64,000 bases of DNA from a virus. Lineage: Duplodnaviria > Caudoviricetes. Each line of letters starts with the position of its first letter. Within the stretch, counting starts at the first letter, position 1. The notes under the pieces were generated by a model. The model searched no databases. It was not told the origin of the DNA and saw only the letters and a program-made list of their open reading frames with translations. Below, one piece after another: positions 1-9,557 of the stretch. The stretch is from positions 107,176-171,175 of IMG/VR virus record IMGVR_UViG_2974666281_000001, one strand, 5' to 3'. The position numbers and the translations under genes were made by a program.

Positions 1-137
1 TGAAGGTGTAATAAATACTCCTGAAGATGACGCTGTGAACCTGAACTACGTTTCAGAAGCAGTCGAAGATGAAAAATCAACTAAAGCACCTTCAATCATG
101 GATTCTTACATCCGCGGTGCAGCACGTCTTTCTTAAT
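1..137 (+). CDS. 22: prohead core scaffold protein gp22, 3' end (partial)
   Basis: Open frame ending ...DSYIRGAARLS-stop directly upstream of gene 23; T4 synteny. Confidence 0.85.
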
Positions 138-157
138 TTAACAAGGTTATACAACAC

Positions 158-1717
158 ATGAAAAAGAACGCTCTCTTAGAAAAATGGCAGCCACTGCTGG
201 AAAATGAAGCCCTGCCAGAAATTGTTGGTGCTTCCAAACAACGCCTGATTGCTAAAATTCTGGAAACCCAGGAAAAAGATTTTAGTGAATCTCCTGAATA
301 TCGCGATGAAAAAATCGCTGAAGCTTTTGGTTCATTCCTGAGCGAAGCTGAAGTTGGTGGTGACCATGGTTACGACGCAACTAATATCGCTGCTGGCCAG
401 ACCTCTGGTGCTGTGACCCACATCGGTCCTGCTGTTATGGGTATGGTTCGTCGTGCGATTCCTAACCTGATTGCTTTTGACATCTGTGGTGTTCAGCCTA
501 TGAACAACCCAACTGGTCAGGTATTTGCTCTGCGTGCCGTTTACGGTAAAGACCCAATCGCTGATGGTGCTAAAGAAGCATTCCATCCTAAATTCGCTCC
601 AGATGCAATGTTCTCTGGTCGTGGTGCTGCTGAGAAATTCGCAGTTGTTAAAGCTGGTGATTCTCTGACAGTTGGTGATATCGTGGTTCACGATTTCGTA
701 GAAACTGGTCGTGCTCATCTGCAGGTTGTAGTTGCATTCACTGTTGATGCTGCCGCTACTGATGCTGGTAAACTGGACGCAGAAATCACTAAACGTCTGG
801 AAGCTGGTGAAGTTGCAGAAATCGCTGAAGGTATGGCTACCTCTATCGCCGAACTGCAGGAAGGCTTCAATGGTTCTCAAGATAATGCTTGGAACGAAAT
901 GGGCTTCCGTATCGATAAACAAGTTATCGAAGCTAAATCTCGTCAGCTGAAAGCTGCATATTCTATCGAACTGGCACAGGACCTGCGCGCTGTTCATGGT
1001 ATGGATGCTGATGCCGAACTGAGTGGTATTCTGGCTACTGAAATCATGCTGGAAATTAACCGTGAAGTTATCGACTGGATTAACTACTCTGCTCAGGTTG
1101 GTAAAACCGGTATGACGCAGACCGTTGGTTCTAAAGCTGGTGTGTTTGACTTCCAGGACCCAATCGATACTCGTGGTGCTCGTTGGGCTGGTGAAAGCTT
1201 TAAAGCTCTGTTGTTCCAGATTGACAAAGAAGCAGCTGAAATCGCTCGTCAGACTGGTCGTGGTGCTGGTAACTTCCTGATTGCTTCTCGTAACGTTGTT
1301 AACGTTCTGGCTGCAGTTGATACCAACATTTCTCCTGCTGCACAGGGCCTGGGTAAAGGTTTCGAAACTGATACTACTAAAGCTGTATTCGCTGGTGTAC
1401 TGGGTGGTCGCTACCGTGTCTATATTGACCAGTATGCTCGCCAGGACTACTTCACCATCGGTTACAAAGGTGCTAACGAAATGGATGCTGGTATCTACTA
1501 CGCTCCTTACGTTGCTCTGACCCCACTGCGTGGTTCCGATCCGAAGAACTTCCAGCCAGTAATGGGCTTCAAAACTCGTTACGGTATCGGTATTAACCCG
1601 TTCGCTGACCCAGATGCTCAACAGCCTAAAGGTCGTATCCAATCTGGTATGCCTTCACTGGCTAACAGCGTTGGTAAAAACGGTTACTTCCGTCGTGTAT
1701 TCGTTAAAGGTATCTAA
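158..1717 (+). CDS. 23: major capsid protein gp23
   Basis: 519 aa; EAEVGGDHGY, AVMGMVRRAIPNLIAFDICGVQPM and YAPYVALTPLRGSDPKNFQPVMGFKTRYG as in T4 gp23. Confidence 0.99.
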   Translation: MKKNALLEKWQPLLENEALPEIVGASKQRLIAKILETQEKDFSESPEYRDEKIAEAFGSFLSEAEVGGDHGYDATNIAAGQTSGAVTHIGPAVMGMVRRAIPNLIAFDICGVQPMNNPTGQVFALRAVYGKDPIADGAKEAFHPKFAPDAMFSGRGAAEKFAVVKAGDSLTVGDIVVHDFVETGRAHLQVVVAFTVDAAATDAGKLDAEITKRLEAGEVAEIAEGMATSIAELQEGFNGSQDNAWNEMGFRIDKQVIEAKSRQLKAAYSIELAQDLRAVHGMDADAELSGILATEIMLEINREVIDWINYSAQVGKTGMTQTVGSKAGVFDFQDPIDTRGARWAGESFKALLFQIDKEAAEIARQTGRGAGNFLIASRNVVNVLAAVDTNISPAAQGLGKGFETDTTKAVFAGVLGGRYRVYIDQYARQDYFTIGYKGANEMDAGIYYAPYVALTPLRGSDPKNFQPVMGFKTRYGIGINPFADPDAQQPKGRIQSGMPSLANSVGKNGYFRRVFVKGI

Positions 1718-1731
1718 TACCTACCAAAATT

Positions 1732-1753
1732 ATGGGAGACTTCGGTCTCCCAT
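1732..1753 (+). terminator. UUCG-tetraloop terminator after gene 23
   Basis: ATGGGAGAC-TTCG-GTCTCCCAT followed by a T-rich run. Confidence 0.9.
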
Positions 1754-1770
1754 TCTTGTTTCTATGGCTT

Positions 1771-1778
1771 TATAAATA
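1771..1778 (+). promoter_or_regulatory. T4 late promoter for gene 24
   Basis: TATAAATA consensus upstream of gene 24. Confidence 0.85.
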
Positions 1779-1805
1779 AACTTATAAACCAAAGAGGAAT
1801 GTGCA

Positions 1806-3059
1806 ATGAGCAAAATTCATAACCTGTTGCGCGAATCTACAACTACTGGGACTTCATCAATCGGACGTCCAGATCTCGTTGCATTGACTCGCGCTACAAC
1901 TAATTTAATCTATACTGACCTTGTAGCATCACAACGTACTAGACAGCCAGAAGCAACTCTTTATGGCGTTAAATACCTTAACCATGACAAAGTAATGTCA
2001 TTTATGAGTGCAGCTACTTATGCTGGCGCTATTAGTTCGCGTGACGGTATCCCTGAATTCGAAAATAAAGCTTGGTCCAAAGGCGATTTATTCCAAAACG
2101 AAAAAGTCGTATATAAAGTTCTGAAAGACAATCCTTTTGAAGGGACCTCTGAAACAGAACCATTTGATATTATCAGCGAAGCTATTGTGGATTCTTCTAT
2201 TAGATTAGTGGCAGAAGCTGCTGATACCTCTAAATTTGAATCAGCAGATAGTGATGTTTCTGACGCAAGTTTCCGTATGGACCGTTGGAAAATCCCTGTT
2301 AAGTCTCGTAAACTGCGTACTGATTTAACGGTTGAATTAGCCCAAGATATGGAAGCTAATGGATTTGACGCTGCGGTAACTGTCGAAGACGTATTAGCTA
2401 CTGTTATGGCGGAAGAAGTTAACAAAGACATTGTTCAATCTCTGATTACCGTATCTTCTCGTTTCCGTGTTGAAGGTATTTCTGATAAAGGTATGTTAGA
2501 TTTGACTGGTGTGGATGAAGCTCCTGAAATGGGACGTCGTCTGTATCGATATATTTGTGAAATGAACGCTAATATCCAACGTCAAACTTCTTATTCTGGA
2601 ACTTACGTTTTAGCTTCGTCACGTGTAGCAGCAATGCTTGATGCATCTGGTTGGGTTAAAGAAGACGAAGATTCAGAACTGTCTTATGGTAAGTTGAACA
2701 ATGGTCTGAAACTTTATGTAGATGCTGTTACGCCTGTGGATTATGTCATTGTTGGTGTTAAGGCTACTTTCGGTGAACTCGAATCAGTTGGTTCTTTATT
2801 CTACGCCCCTTATACCGAAGGCTTAGATTTAGAAGACCCAGAACATGTTGGCGCTTTTAAAGTAATCGTTGACCCAGATTCATTACAGCCTACTGTGTGT
2901 CTGCTTGTTCGTTATGGGTTGTCTGTGAATCCGTATACTTTAGGTATTGCTGACAAAGAGGCTCGGGTTATTGATGGGTCTGATATGGACAATCTGGCTG
3001 GATTAAGTAAAATGTCTGTATTACTTGGTGTTAAGTTACCTAAGCTAATAGAAGACTAA
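1806..3059 (+). CDS. 24: capsid vertex protein gp24
   Basis: 417 aa gp23 paralogue, MSKIHNLLRESTT...GRPDLVALTRAT; follows gene 23. Confidence 0.97.
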   Translation: MSKIHNLLRESTTTGTSSIGRPDLVALTRATTNLIYTDLVASQRTRQPEATLYGVKYLNHDKVMSFMSAATYAGAISSRDGIPEFENKAWSKGDLFQNEKVVYKVLKDNPFEGTSETEPFDIISEAIVDSSIRLVAEAADTSKFESADSDVSDASFRMDRWKIPVKSRKLRTDLTVELAQDMEANGFDAAVTVEDVLATVMAEEVNKDIVQSLITVSSRFRVEGISDKGMLDLTGVDEAPEMGRRLYRYICEMNANIQRQTSYSGTYVLASSRVAAMLDASGWVKEDEDSELSYGKLNNGLKLYVDAVTPVDYVIVGVKATFGELESVGSLFYAPYTEGLDLEDPEHVGAFKVIVDPDSLQPTVCLLVRYGLSVNPYTLGIADKEARVIDGSDMDNLAGLSKMSVLLGVKLPKLIED

Positions 3060-3063
3060 AAGA

Positions 3064-3088
3064 AAAGGGAACCCAATGGGTTCCCTTT
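3064..3088. terminator. bidirectional terminator between convergent genes
   Basis: AAAAGGGAACCC-AAT-GGGTTCCCTTT. Confidence 0.8.
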
Positions 3089-3638
3089 ATAGTTTGAAAA
3101 TATCAAATGGCTCTGGTTCATACTTACTTTTGAAGTTTTCAAGCACATTTCTAAAAGCTAAATTAAATGTAGCAATACCGAATTTACGAGCTATATAAAC
3201 AGCTACTCTAGTTCCACCTTTAATCTTTCCGTGTTGTTCTGGCGCCCAATAGAACACTGCATCTACTGGATTATCACACTTCTCGCCTAGCACTTGATTA
3301 GCATCCCTTGCTAGCAATATTTGAACCGTTTTACTCCGGTCTTCATAATCAGGTACAAATTCACGCGCATGTACTACAGATTTAATCTTCCCTTCATTAG
3401 GTAAATCCTGCCACAATATCACCCCTTGCATTTTATTCGTCAATCCGTTGAATCCGTTATGTGGAATAATAATTTGTTTATTACTTCCATATGAAGCTAG
3501 CCACGCAGTATCTGCCCCAGGGGCGCCGCCTGAGATACCGAAACAGCCGGAGGAACTTAATCCATAACCGGCTTTCGACATAAGCCTCAGGATGTGCTGA
3601 GGCGTTTCTCGTGACCCAATTAGAGCCACTCGTTTCAT
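3087..3638 (-). CDS. SLOG/DprA(Smf)-like Rossmann-fold protein
   Basis: VALIGSR, SGGAPGAD and GGT motifs typical of DprA/SLOG proteins. Confidence 0.75.
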   Translation of the reverse strand: MKRVALIGSRETPQHILRLMSKAGYGLSSSGCFGISGGAPGADTAWLASYGSNKQIIIPHNGFNGLTNKMQGVILWQDLPNEGKIKSVVHAREFVPDYEDRSKTVQILLARDANQVLGEKCDNPVDAVFYWAPEQHGKIKGGTRVAVYIARKFGIATFNLAFRNVLENFKSKYEPEPFDIFKL

Positions 3639-4645
3639 TAACTCACCACTTCATGCCATTTTTCACGGATAGTGGCCATCACTACTTGCTGAAGTTCTTT
3701 CTTAACAGCGGTCGGGTTTTCAGCATCAGTTAATACGATACCTTCACGTTCTGCTTCAACGAAAATATCTTGCATCGTTAGACCCATAACTTTACCGAAG
3801 TCTTTAGCACCGACTTCACCGATATGAGAAATAACGTTAGATACACGGTTCCAAGTACTATAATCAGCGAAGGTAGATAATACTACTTTATCTGAAGCAC
3901 TCAGTTCGACTTTGGCTTTAATAGGCTTATCAGATTTAGCCTTTTCACTGAACTTAGAGTTCTTACACTTAATAGCCACACGATTACCATTCGCTAGGAA
4001 CTCAGGATAACAAGGTTTCAGAACATAACCTTCTGCAATATTCTTTTCACCACTAGGTGGATGACCAAAACAATGTGTATTAGCATGGTCTAAATCGGTC
4101 ATGCGAATCAGCTCGTTATAGTAATTGACTTCTGTGTCAAAATCATTAACGATTTTAGACAGTTCTTCAAAAGAACCACGATCTAGAAGTGGGGCTGTTT
4201 TAAAACCAAAAGTACAGCACATATTAGTCATCATAAAATCGTCAACAAATGAGCCTGTAGTATCGTTTTCAGTTTTAACTAAGATGTCGAATACGTAGAA
4301 GTCTTTCTCGCCGTAATCCATACCTTTCTGAATTCCGCCACCAGCAAATTCGCCAAATATCTGATAAGACGAAGCCACACCAGTAATTGCAGACTGTAGA
4401 GCCTTAATAGACTTATCGTATTTCTTCAGAATAATTTCATGTCCAAAGAAACTTTCACCAGGAAGAATAGGACCTGTCCGCTTACACGGAGTGACTGCGT
4501 CACGACTAATAATTAGAGAGAAGTTTGTACCGTGAATCTTTTCACGTGCTACCCATACACCAGAATCTTTACCAGAGAAGCGAATCTTCTCGATGAATTT
4601 ACCGTTGTAGTGGTTCTCTAGGGAGGAGTACTTCTGGAATGTCAT
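3638..4645 (-). CDS. rnlB: RNA ligase 2
   Basis: [18 protein letters not shown] (motif I), [25 protein letters not shown]. Confidence 0.97.
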   Translation of the reverse strand: MTFQKYSSLENHYNGKFIEKIRFSGKDSGVWVAREKIHGTNFSLIISRDAVTPCKRTGPILPGESFFGHEIILKKYDKSIKALQSAITGVASSYQIFGEFAGGGIQKGMDYGEKDFYVFDILVKTENDTTGSFVDDFMMTNMCCTFGFKTAPLLDRGSFEELSKIVNDFDTEVNYYNELIRMTDLDHANTHCFGHPPSGEKNIAEGYVLKPCYPEFLANGNRVAIKCKNSKFSEKAKSDKPIKAKVELSASDKVVLSTFADYSTWNRVSNVISHIGEVGAKDFGKVMGLTMQDIFVEAEREGIVLTDAENPTAVKKELQQVVMATIREKWHEVVS

Positions 4646-4748
4646 AATGTCACCATATTATAAAAGATTAATTCTTCTATCCCCAGCCGTATAAATAAGG
4701 GCTGGAAACCATTATATCGAATATATCACACTTTCGACTTAAAGCAAA

Positions 4749-5042
4749 TTAGAACTTAATTACTACTAAATGACCATCACGTTGATCATGATTCCATTTG
4801 ACTTCACATCCATTATCTTGGAGCCATTTTGTAATAGCAGCTTCTTCTCGAACAGAATTAGTAGAAGGATACCAAAGTATAGATTTCAAACCTTTAGCAG
4901 CGTTTTTTGCTAAAGATTCTTCGATCTCTCGTTTGGCGGTAGTAATAATATTATTGCGAGCTTGTTCAGCAATTTCACCATAATGCGCTGACAGAGTCTT
5001 CGTTCTAGGTTTACCACCTACCCAACCATCTGGAATAATCAT
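4749..5042 (-). CDS. hypothetical protein, T4 24.2-like
   Basis: Position; C-terminal WNHDQRDG resembles 24.2. Confidence 0.7.
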   Translation of the reverse strand: MIIPDGWVGGKPRTKTLSAHYGEIAEQARNNIITTAKREIEESLAKNAAKGLKSILWYPSTNSVREEAAITKWLQDNGCEVKWNHDQRDGHLVVIKF

Positions 5043-5266
5043 AATGTTCTCATTTTCTTAACTAATTGTTTTTGATGTGAAGTTGACGTAGTCATTCGCT
5101 TGCGATAAACTACCCTTTCACGATTCATGAACTTTTCTTTAAGTTTTTCACCTTCAGCCCAATGCTTCGCTGCTTCAAAAGCAGTAATTGAAAACTTCTC
5201 AGCTACTTCACCAAAAGACATTTTAAAGTCTTCAACCATTGTATAAACCTGAACAGCAATATTCAT
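5039..5266 (-). CDS. hypothetical protein, T4 24.3-like
   Basis: Position; basic C-terminus (RERVVYRKR). Confidence 0.7.
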   Translation of the reverse strand: MNIAVQVYTMVEDFKMSFGEVAEKFSITAFEAAKHWAEGEKLKEKFMNRERVVYRKRMTTSTSHQKQLVKKMRTL

Positions 5267-5314
5267 TTGTCACCTCATGTTTGTATGGCTAATTTAATAT
5301 GTCTTTTAGAAAGC

Positions 5315-5340
5315 AAAAAAGGACTCCCGAAGGAGTCCTT
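5315..5340 (-). terminator. terminator after hoc
   Basis: AAGGACTCC-TTCG-GGAGTCC-TTTTTT on the minus strand. Confidence 0.85.
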
Positions 5341-5343
5341 AAC

Positions 5344-5883
5344 TTAGTAGATGTAGCCAGCTTCGATAGCTTCTTTATTCAAGATATACCCATGACGTGA
5401 TTCTTGAACTTCAACATTAGGATAAGTTTCAAGCATATATGCAAGAGTCTTAAGGTCTACTTTGTATTTTAATTCAGTATCATCTGGATTTTTCCAATCG
5501 ATATCTTCTTTAGAAGCTTTTTCGATCTCGTCCATAACCCACCAACCACACCAAAGATATGCAGATTGACGATGGTCTAATGGATGGATATATTTGAGAT
5601 TTTTAGTGTCGATGATTTTGTTTTCAATAGTCAAAATGGTGGTATCTTCTATTTCTACTGGGTCTCCTTCTTCAGGAGTTAAAGTAACTACAACTCGAAC
5701 AGTTGTAGTTCTTGCGACTAATCCAGGGACTTCTAAAGTAGAATCGGAACCAGAAGATACCCCATCCACTTCCCAGTCATATTTAACTGTATCAGTTCCA
5801 CTATCAGTTACGGTTGCTGTGAAAGTGGTGACATCTCCAACTGTTACTTTTGGGTTCACTGGAGTAATTTTTACACTAGCCAT
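5344..5883 (-). CDS. hoc: head outer capsid protein Hoc (single Ig-like domain)
   Basis: C-terminal YIHPLDHRQSAYLWCGWWVMDEI...QESRHGYI Hoc domain; N-terminal Ig-like segment. Confidence 0.9.
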   Translation of the reverse strand: MASVKITPVNPKVTVGDVTTFTATVTDSGTDTVKYDWEVDGVSSGSDSTLEVPGLVARTTTVRVVVTLTPEEGDPVEIEDTTILTIENKIIDTKNLKYIHPLDHRQSAYLWCGWWVMDEIEKASKEDIDWKNPDDTELKYKVDLKTLAYMLETYPNVEVQESRHGYILNKEAIEAGYIY

Positions 5884-5913
5884 TATTTTTCCTCTAGGGG
5901 CCTTCGGCCCTTA

Positions 5914-6624
5914 TTAATTAAGAATGAAAAATCGAGAGTTACGGGTCTCACGAATACGGACCTGTCCATCACGTTTGATGTAATAAATCAAACTTAACAG
6001 GGTATCAATACCATAATGATGAGGGAAGGAATGAGGGTTAGATTTCCATTCAGGATTTTCTATAATCCACTGATAAATCCACCAAGGAAGAGTTACATAG
6101 CCTGGGGCTTTACCCATAGACATTAACGTCGGACTAAATCCTTTTGGCAATTCAAATAACTCTGATTCGATAATATCTTTGATAGCCTGTTCTAGAACAG
6201 GAACATCTTCTTGGGATAAAGGAGAAGCTTCAACGGTCTCAATACCTTCATTACGAACTACTGTGATGGTTTCACCAATCGGCTCTTCAATTGAAGTAAC
6301 CATTACAGGTGAAACTGTAGGTTCGCCAATAGAATCAATAAGTAAAGATTTAGCTTCTTCTTTAGCTTCATCTTTGAAAATAGAAGCACCTGTCAATTCA
6401 TCATCTGCTTGAATTAAATCAGTGATGCTCATGCCACCTTCATCTTCAGGCATCGGCTCGTTAGCAAGTTCAGCCATTTCAGTTTCAAGATCAATCAACA
6501 TATTGTCAAATGACTTTGTTTTCTTAAGAGTGATGTTGAACCCGGCTGCATATTCGGCTAATTTATCTTTAGCTTCTTTTTTATCAAGCCCACGGAGTTC
6601 GTCAACGTAAATTTTGTCAATCAT
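5914..6624 (-). CDS. inh: inhibitor of prohead protease Inh
   Basis: MIDKIYVDELRGLDKKEAK...LPWWIYQWI...RIRETRNS. Confidence 0.93.
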   Translation of the reverse strand: MIDKIYVDELRGLDKKEAKDKLAEYAAGFNITLKKTKSFDNMLIDLETEMAELANEPMPEDEGGMSITDLIQADDELTGASIFKDEAKEEAKSLLIDSIGEPTVSPVMVTSIEEPIGETITVVRNEGIETVEASPLSQEDVPVLEQAIKDIIESELFELPKGFSPTLMSMGKAPGYVTLPWWIYQWIIENPEWKSNPHSFPHHYGIDTLLSLIYYIKRDGQVRIRETRNSRFFILN

Positions 6625-6643
6625 GTTATAGCCTCAGTGTATG

Positions 6644-6665
6644 TATAAATATAGATGTATTTATA
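6644..6665. promoter_or_regulatory. pair of late promoters for uvsW (+) and inh (-)
   Basis: TATAAATA at 6644-6651 (+) and at 6658-6665 (-). Confidence 0.85.
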
Positions 6666-6680
6666 ACTGAGGATTATTCC

Positions 6681-8183
6681 GTGTACGACATAACTGTAAA
6701 TTTTGAAGATTATAGTCATGTGAGAATTGAATGCTCTGAGAGTGTTTTCTTCGAACTAAGAGACTACTTTAGCTTTGAAGCTGATGGCTATAAATTTAAC
6801 CCGAAATACAAATATGGTCATTGGGATGGACGTATTCGTCTACTTGATTATGACCGTCGTTTACCTTTTGGGCTTTACTCATTCATTTCTAAATTCGCGA
6901 CTAATATGGATTATAAAGTCTATATTGACCCTAAGATTGCAGAAAAAGAAGATATAACCCGAGCTGATTTCGATAAATGGCTGAGTGCTCTTGAGATTTA
7001 TTCCGGGTCTACTAAGATTGACCCACATTGGTATCAGAAAGACGCCGTCTATGAAGGTCTAGTAAATCGTAGAAACATTCTTAATTTACCAACTTCCGCA
7101 GGTAAATCATTGATTCAGGCACTCCTGGCTCGTTATTACGTTGAGAACTATGTAGGCAAAATTTTAATCATTGTTCCTACTACAGCTCTGGTTGACCAGA
7201 TGATTGATGACTTCTGCGATTATCGTTTATTTGGTCGCAACAATATGCTAGGAATCCGTGGTGGTACTGCTCGTGATTCTGACGCAGAAATTTATGTTGC
7301 TACTTGGCAGACTGCGGTAAAACAACCTAAAGAATGGTTTAGTCAGTTTGGTATGATGATGAACGACGAATGTCATTTAGCCACAGGCAAAAGTATTTCA
7401 TCTATTATTTCAGGTCTTAATAACTGTGCCTTTAAATTTGGTCTTTCCGGTTCTTTAAAGGATGGCAAAGCTAATGTCATGCAATATATCGGCATGTTTG
7501 GCAACATCTTTAAACCAGTATCGACTGCCCAGCTTATGGAAGATGGTCAAGTAACTGATTTGAAAATTAACTCTATTTTCTTACGCTATCCTGATAATGT
7601 TTGTGCTGCTATGAAAGGTAAAGATTACCAAGCAGAGATTAAATATATTACATCAGTGAAGAAACGAAATAAATGGATTGCTTCATTAGCTGTTAAACTG
7701 GCCAAGCGCGATGAGAATGCGTTCGTCATGTTTAAAAATATTGCTCATGGCAAAGAGCTCTTTGAAATGATTAAAGAGACAGGCCATAAGGAAGTTTATT
7801 ACGTATCAGGTGAAGTAAATACTGAAGCACGCAATGCCTTAAAGGTTATGGCTGAAAACGGTAAAGGCATCATTATAGTCGCTTCTTACGGTGTGTTCTC
7901 TACTGGTATTAGTGTTAAGAACTTACATCACGTTATTTTGGCTCACCCAGTTAAATCAAAAATCATTGTGCTTCAGACAATTGGTCGTGTTCTCCGTAAA
8001 CACACCTCTAAATCTATTGCTACTGTCTGGGACGTTATCGATGATATGGGTGTTAAACCAAAATCTGCTAATGCTAAAAAGAAATATGTTCATTTGAACT
8101 ATGCATTGAAACATGCTCTTGAACGTATTCAGCGTTATGCAGAAGAAAAATTCAATTATGTAATGAAACAGGTAGACTTATGA
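6681..8183 (+). CDS. uvsW: UvsW SF2 helicase (GTG start)
   Basis: LPTSAGKS Walker A, DECH, QTIGRVLR. Confidence 0.98.
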   Translation: MYDITVNFEDYSHVRIECSESVFFELRDYFSFEADGYKFNPKYKYGHWDGRIRLLDYDRRLPFGLYSFISKFATNMDYKVYIDPKIAEKEDITRADFDKWLSALEIYSGSTKIDPHWYQKDAVYEGLVNRRNILNLPTSAGKSLIQALLARYYVENYVGKILIIVPTTALVDQMIDDFCDYRLFGRNNMLGIRGGTARDSDAEIYVATWQTAVKQPKEWFSQFGMMMNDECHLATGKSISSIISGLNNCAFKFGLSGSLKDGKANVMQYIGMFGNIFKPVSTAQLMEDGQVTDLKINSIFLRYPDNVCAAMKGKDYQAEIKYITSVKKRNKWIASLAVKLAKRDENAFVMFKNIAHGKELFEMIKETGHKEVYYVSGEVNTEARNALKVMAENGKGIIIVASYGVFSTGISVKNLHHVILAHPVKSKIIVLQTIGRVLRKHTSKSIATVWDVIDDMGVKPKSANAKKKYVHLNYALKHALERIQRYAEEKFNYVMKQVDL

Positions 8184-8407
8184 TTGACTTCAAAGAATTT
8201 ATATACGAAGCTGCAATTGAAGGGTTTATGAACAAGATAGCGTCGTGTCAGACGCTTGATGGTCTTAAAGAACTCGAAGGGTATTACAAGAAACGTTCTA
8301 AAGAAGCAGAACTTAAAGATACAGATGATATTAGTGTTCGTGATGCATTAGCAGGTAAACGTACCGAACTTGAGTCAATGAATGACGAAGATGACGAAGA
8401 CTTCTAA
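8180..8407 (+). CDS. uvsW.1: UvsW.1
   Basis: 75 aa acidic protein, DDISVRDALAGKR; overlaps the uvsW stop. Confidence 0.92.
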   Translation: MIDFKEFIYEAAIEGFMNKIASCQTLDGLKELEGYYKKRSKEAELKDTDDISVRDALAGKRTELESMNDEDDEDF

Positions 8408-8470
8408 TACAAAAAAGCCCCAACCATAAGGAAGGGGCAAAAACCAACAAGTGGCTACATCAACACTAGA

Positions 8471-8635
8471 CTAAATTAAAAGCTGCGTTTCATTTAACTG
8501 CTCTTGTGTGTCTTCAGTGACAGGCAGTTCACACGCATAATTATAGCACGGCCCAGGATGAACAGGGCCTTTGTCTGATTGAACAACCAATGCTGAATCG
8601 ATTGGTGTTTTACAGACGACACAAATCTCAGACAT
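8471..8635 (-). CDS. UvsY.-2-like small Cys/His protein (not in ORF track)
   Basis: Read by hand: MSEICVVCKTPIDSALVVQSDKGPVHPGPCYNY...LNETQLLI, 54 aa, AGGAG RBS. Confidence 0.85.
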   Translation of the reverse strand: MSEICVVCKTPIDSALVVQSDKGPVHPGPCYNYACELPVTEDTQEQLNETQLLI

Positions 8636-8670
8636 GATTGTCTCCTTAGTTGTCGTTACATATCTATTTA

Positions 8671-9105
8671 TTACTTGCCACCAGCTTCAAATACACGGAT
8701 ATCAAGGATGTGTTTAATACTGAATCCACGTGCTTTAACAGCATCCATAGCACTTGAACAAAATTCAAGCAAAATACCCCAGTACTGAAGTTGAGTTTCA
8801 ACTTTAAGTACATTACTGTCTGCCGACAGGACCATTTTCATTTCAGACTTCTCATAAGTGTCCATACACACTTCTTCGCCAGGCTCGCCGCGCCCAGTGT
8901 AGTAGTCTAATCTTCTTTTAAGTGCAGTCTTTTTCTGTGCTTCTATTCTTAAAATCTCTTTTCGACAAGTCGAATGCAGACGCAACCATTTTCCGTATAA
9001 AACAGGATTGTTTGCTGCTTCATATTGCAACTTGGTTGAATCTATTCTTAAATCTTTATCCAACTCATCTTGAAAAGCTTCTAATTTAAATTCTAAATCA
9101 CTCAT
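8671..9105 (-). CDS. uvsY: recombination mediator UvsY
   Basis: IDSTKLQYEAANNPVLYGKWL...FEAGGK. Confidence 0.96.
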   Translation of the reverse strand: MSDLEFKLEAFQDELDKDLRIDSTKLQYEAANNPVLYGKWLRLHSTCRKEILRIEAQKKTALKRRLDYYTGRGEPGEEVCMDTYEKSEMKMVLSADSNVLKVETQLQYWGILLEFCSSAMDAVKARGFSIKHILDIRVFEAGGK

Positions 9106-9134
9106 TAATGTTCCTTAGCAATAACCCGTAAACC

Positions 9135-9163
9135 CATTATACACATCATGAAAAGAAAGCATC
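9135..9163 (-). promoter_or_regulatory. MotA-dependent middle promoter of uvsY (ori(uvsY) equivalent)
   Basis: Minus strand ATGCTTT...TATAAT upstream of uvsY; origin role inferred from T4. Confidence 0.65.
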
Positions 9164-9557
9164 AACGGCTGTTACTTAACTGTAGCTTGATTTGCTCTAT
9201 TGTGTCAGGGTTATCTATGATACTGAATTGGACAGTAACGATAAGAGTGTAACTGTCATAAAGAGGTGTGACATCGACTAGTAGTTTATCTATTCGTGGT
9301 TCAAAGTTTCTTATGGCAGCAGTGATGTTTCGCTGAGTTGTGTCTGCTGTTAAAGGGGTCATGTTTTCAAAAAGCTGGTCTGATAATTCGCACCCGAATT
9401 CTGGGTTAAAGGGTCTCGACCCTTTACGAGTTGTGATTATTCCTAATAGGCTGTTTTTAACAGCTCTTGACCCGGCAGCTTTTGCTATATCTTTATCCCA
9501 AGATTTATTCATCTCAGGGTCAATATCTGTATAAAGTGTGTTTATGTTTTGAATCAT
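9162..9557 (-). CDS. 25: baseplate wedge protein gp25
   Basis: AVKNSLLGIITTRKGSRPFNPEFGC, FEPRI. Confidence 0.96.
   Translation of the reverse strand: MIQNINTLYTDIDPEMNKSWDKDIAKAAGSRAVKNSLLGIITTRKGSRPFNPEFGCELSDQLFENMTPLTADTTQRNITAAIRNFEPRIDKLLVDVTPLYDSYTLIVTVQFSIIDNPDTIEQIKLQLSNSR

Noticed and set aside
332-1642. 436-aa antisense ORF within gene 23
   Set aside because: Mirror-frame ORF expected from strong codon bias in a highly expressed gene; no recognisable motifs.
6681-8407. uvsW split as a frameshift or pseudogene
   Set aside because: UvsW and UvsW.1 are separate genes in T4 as well.
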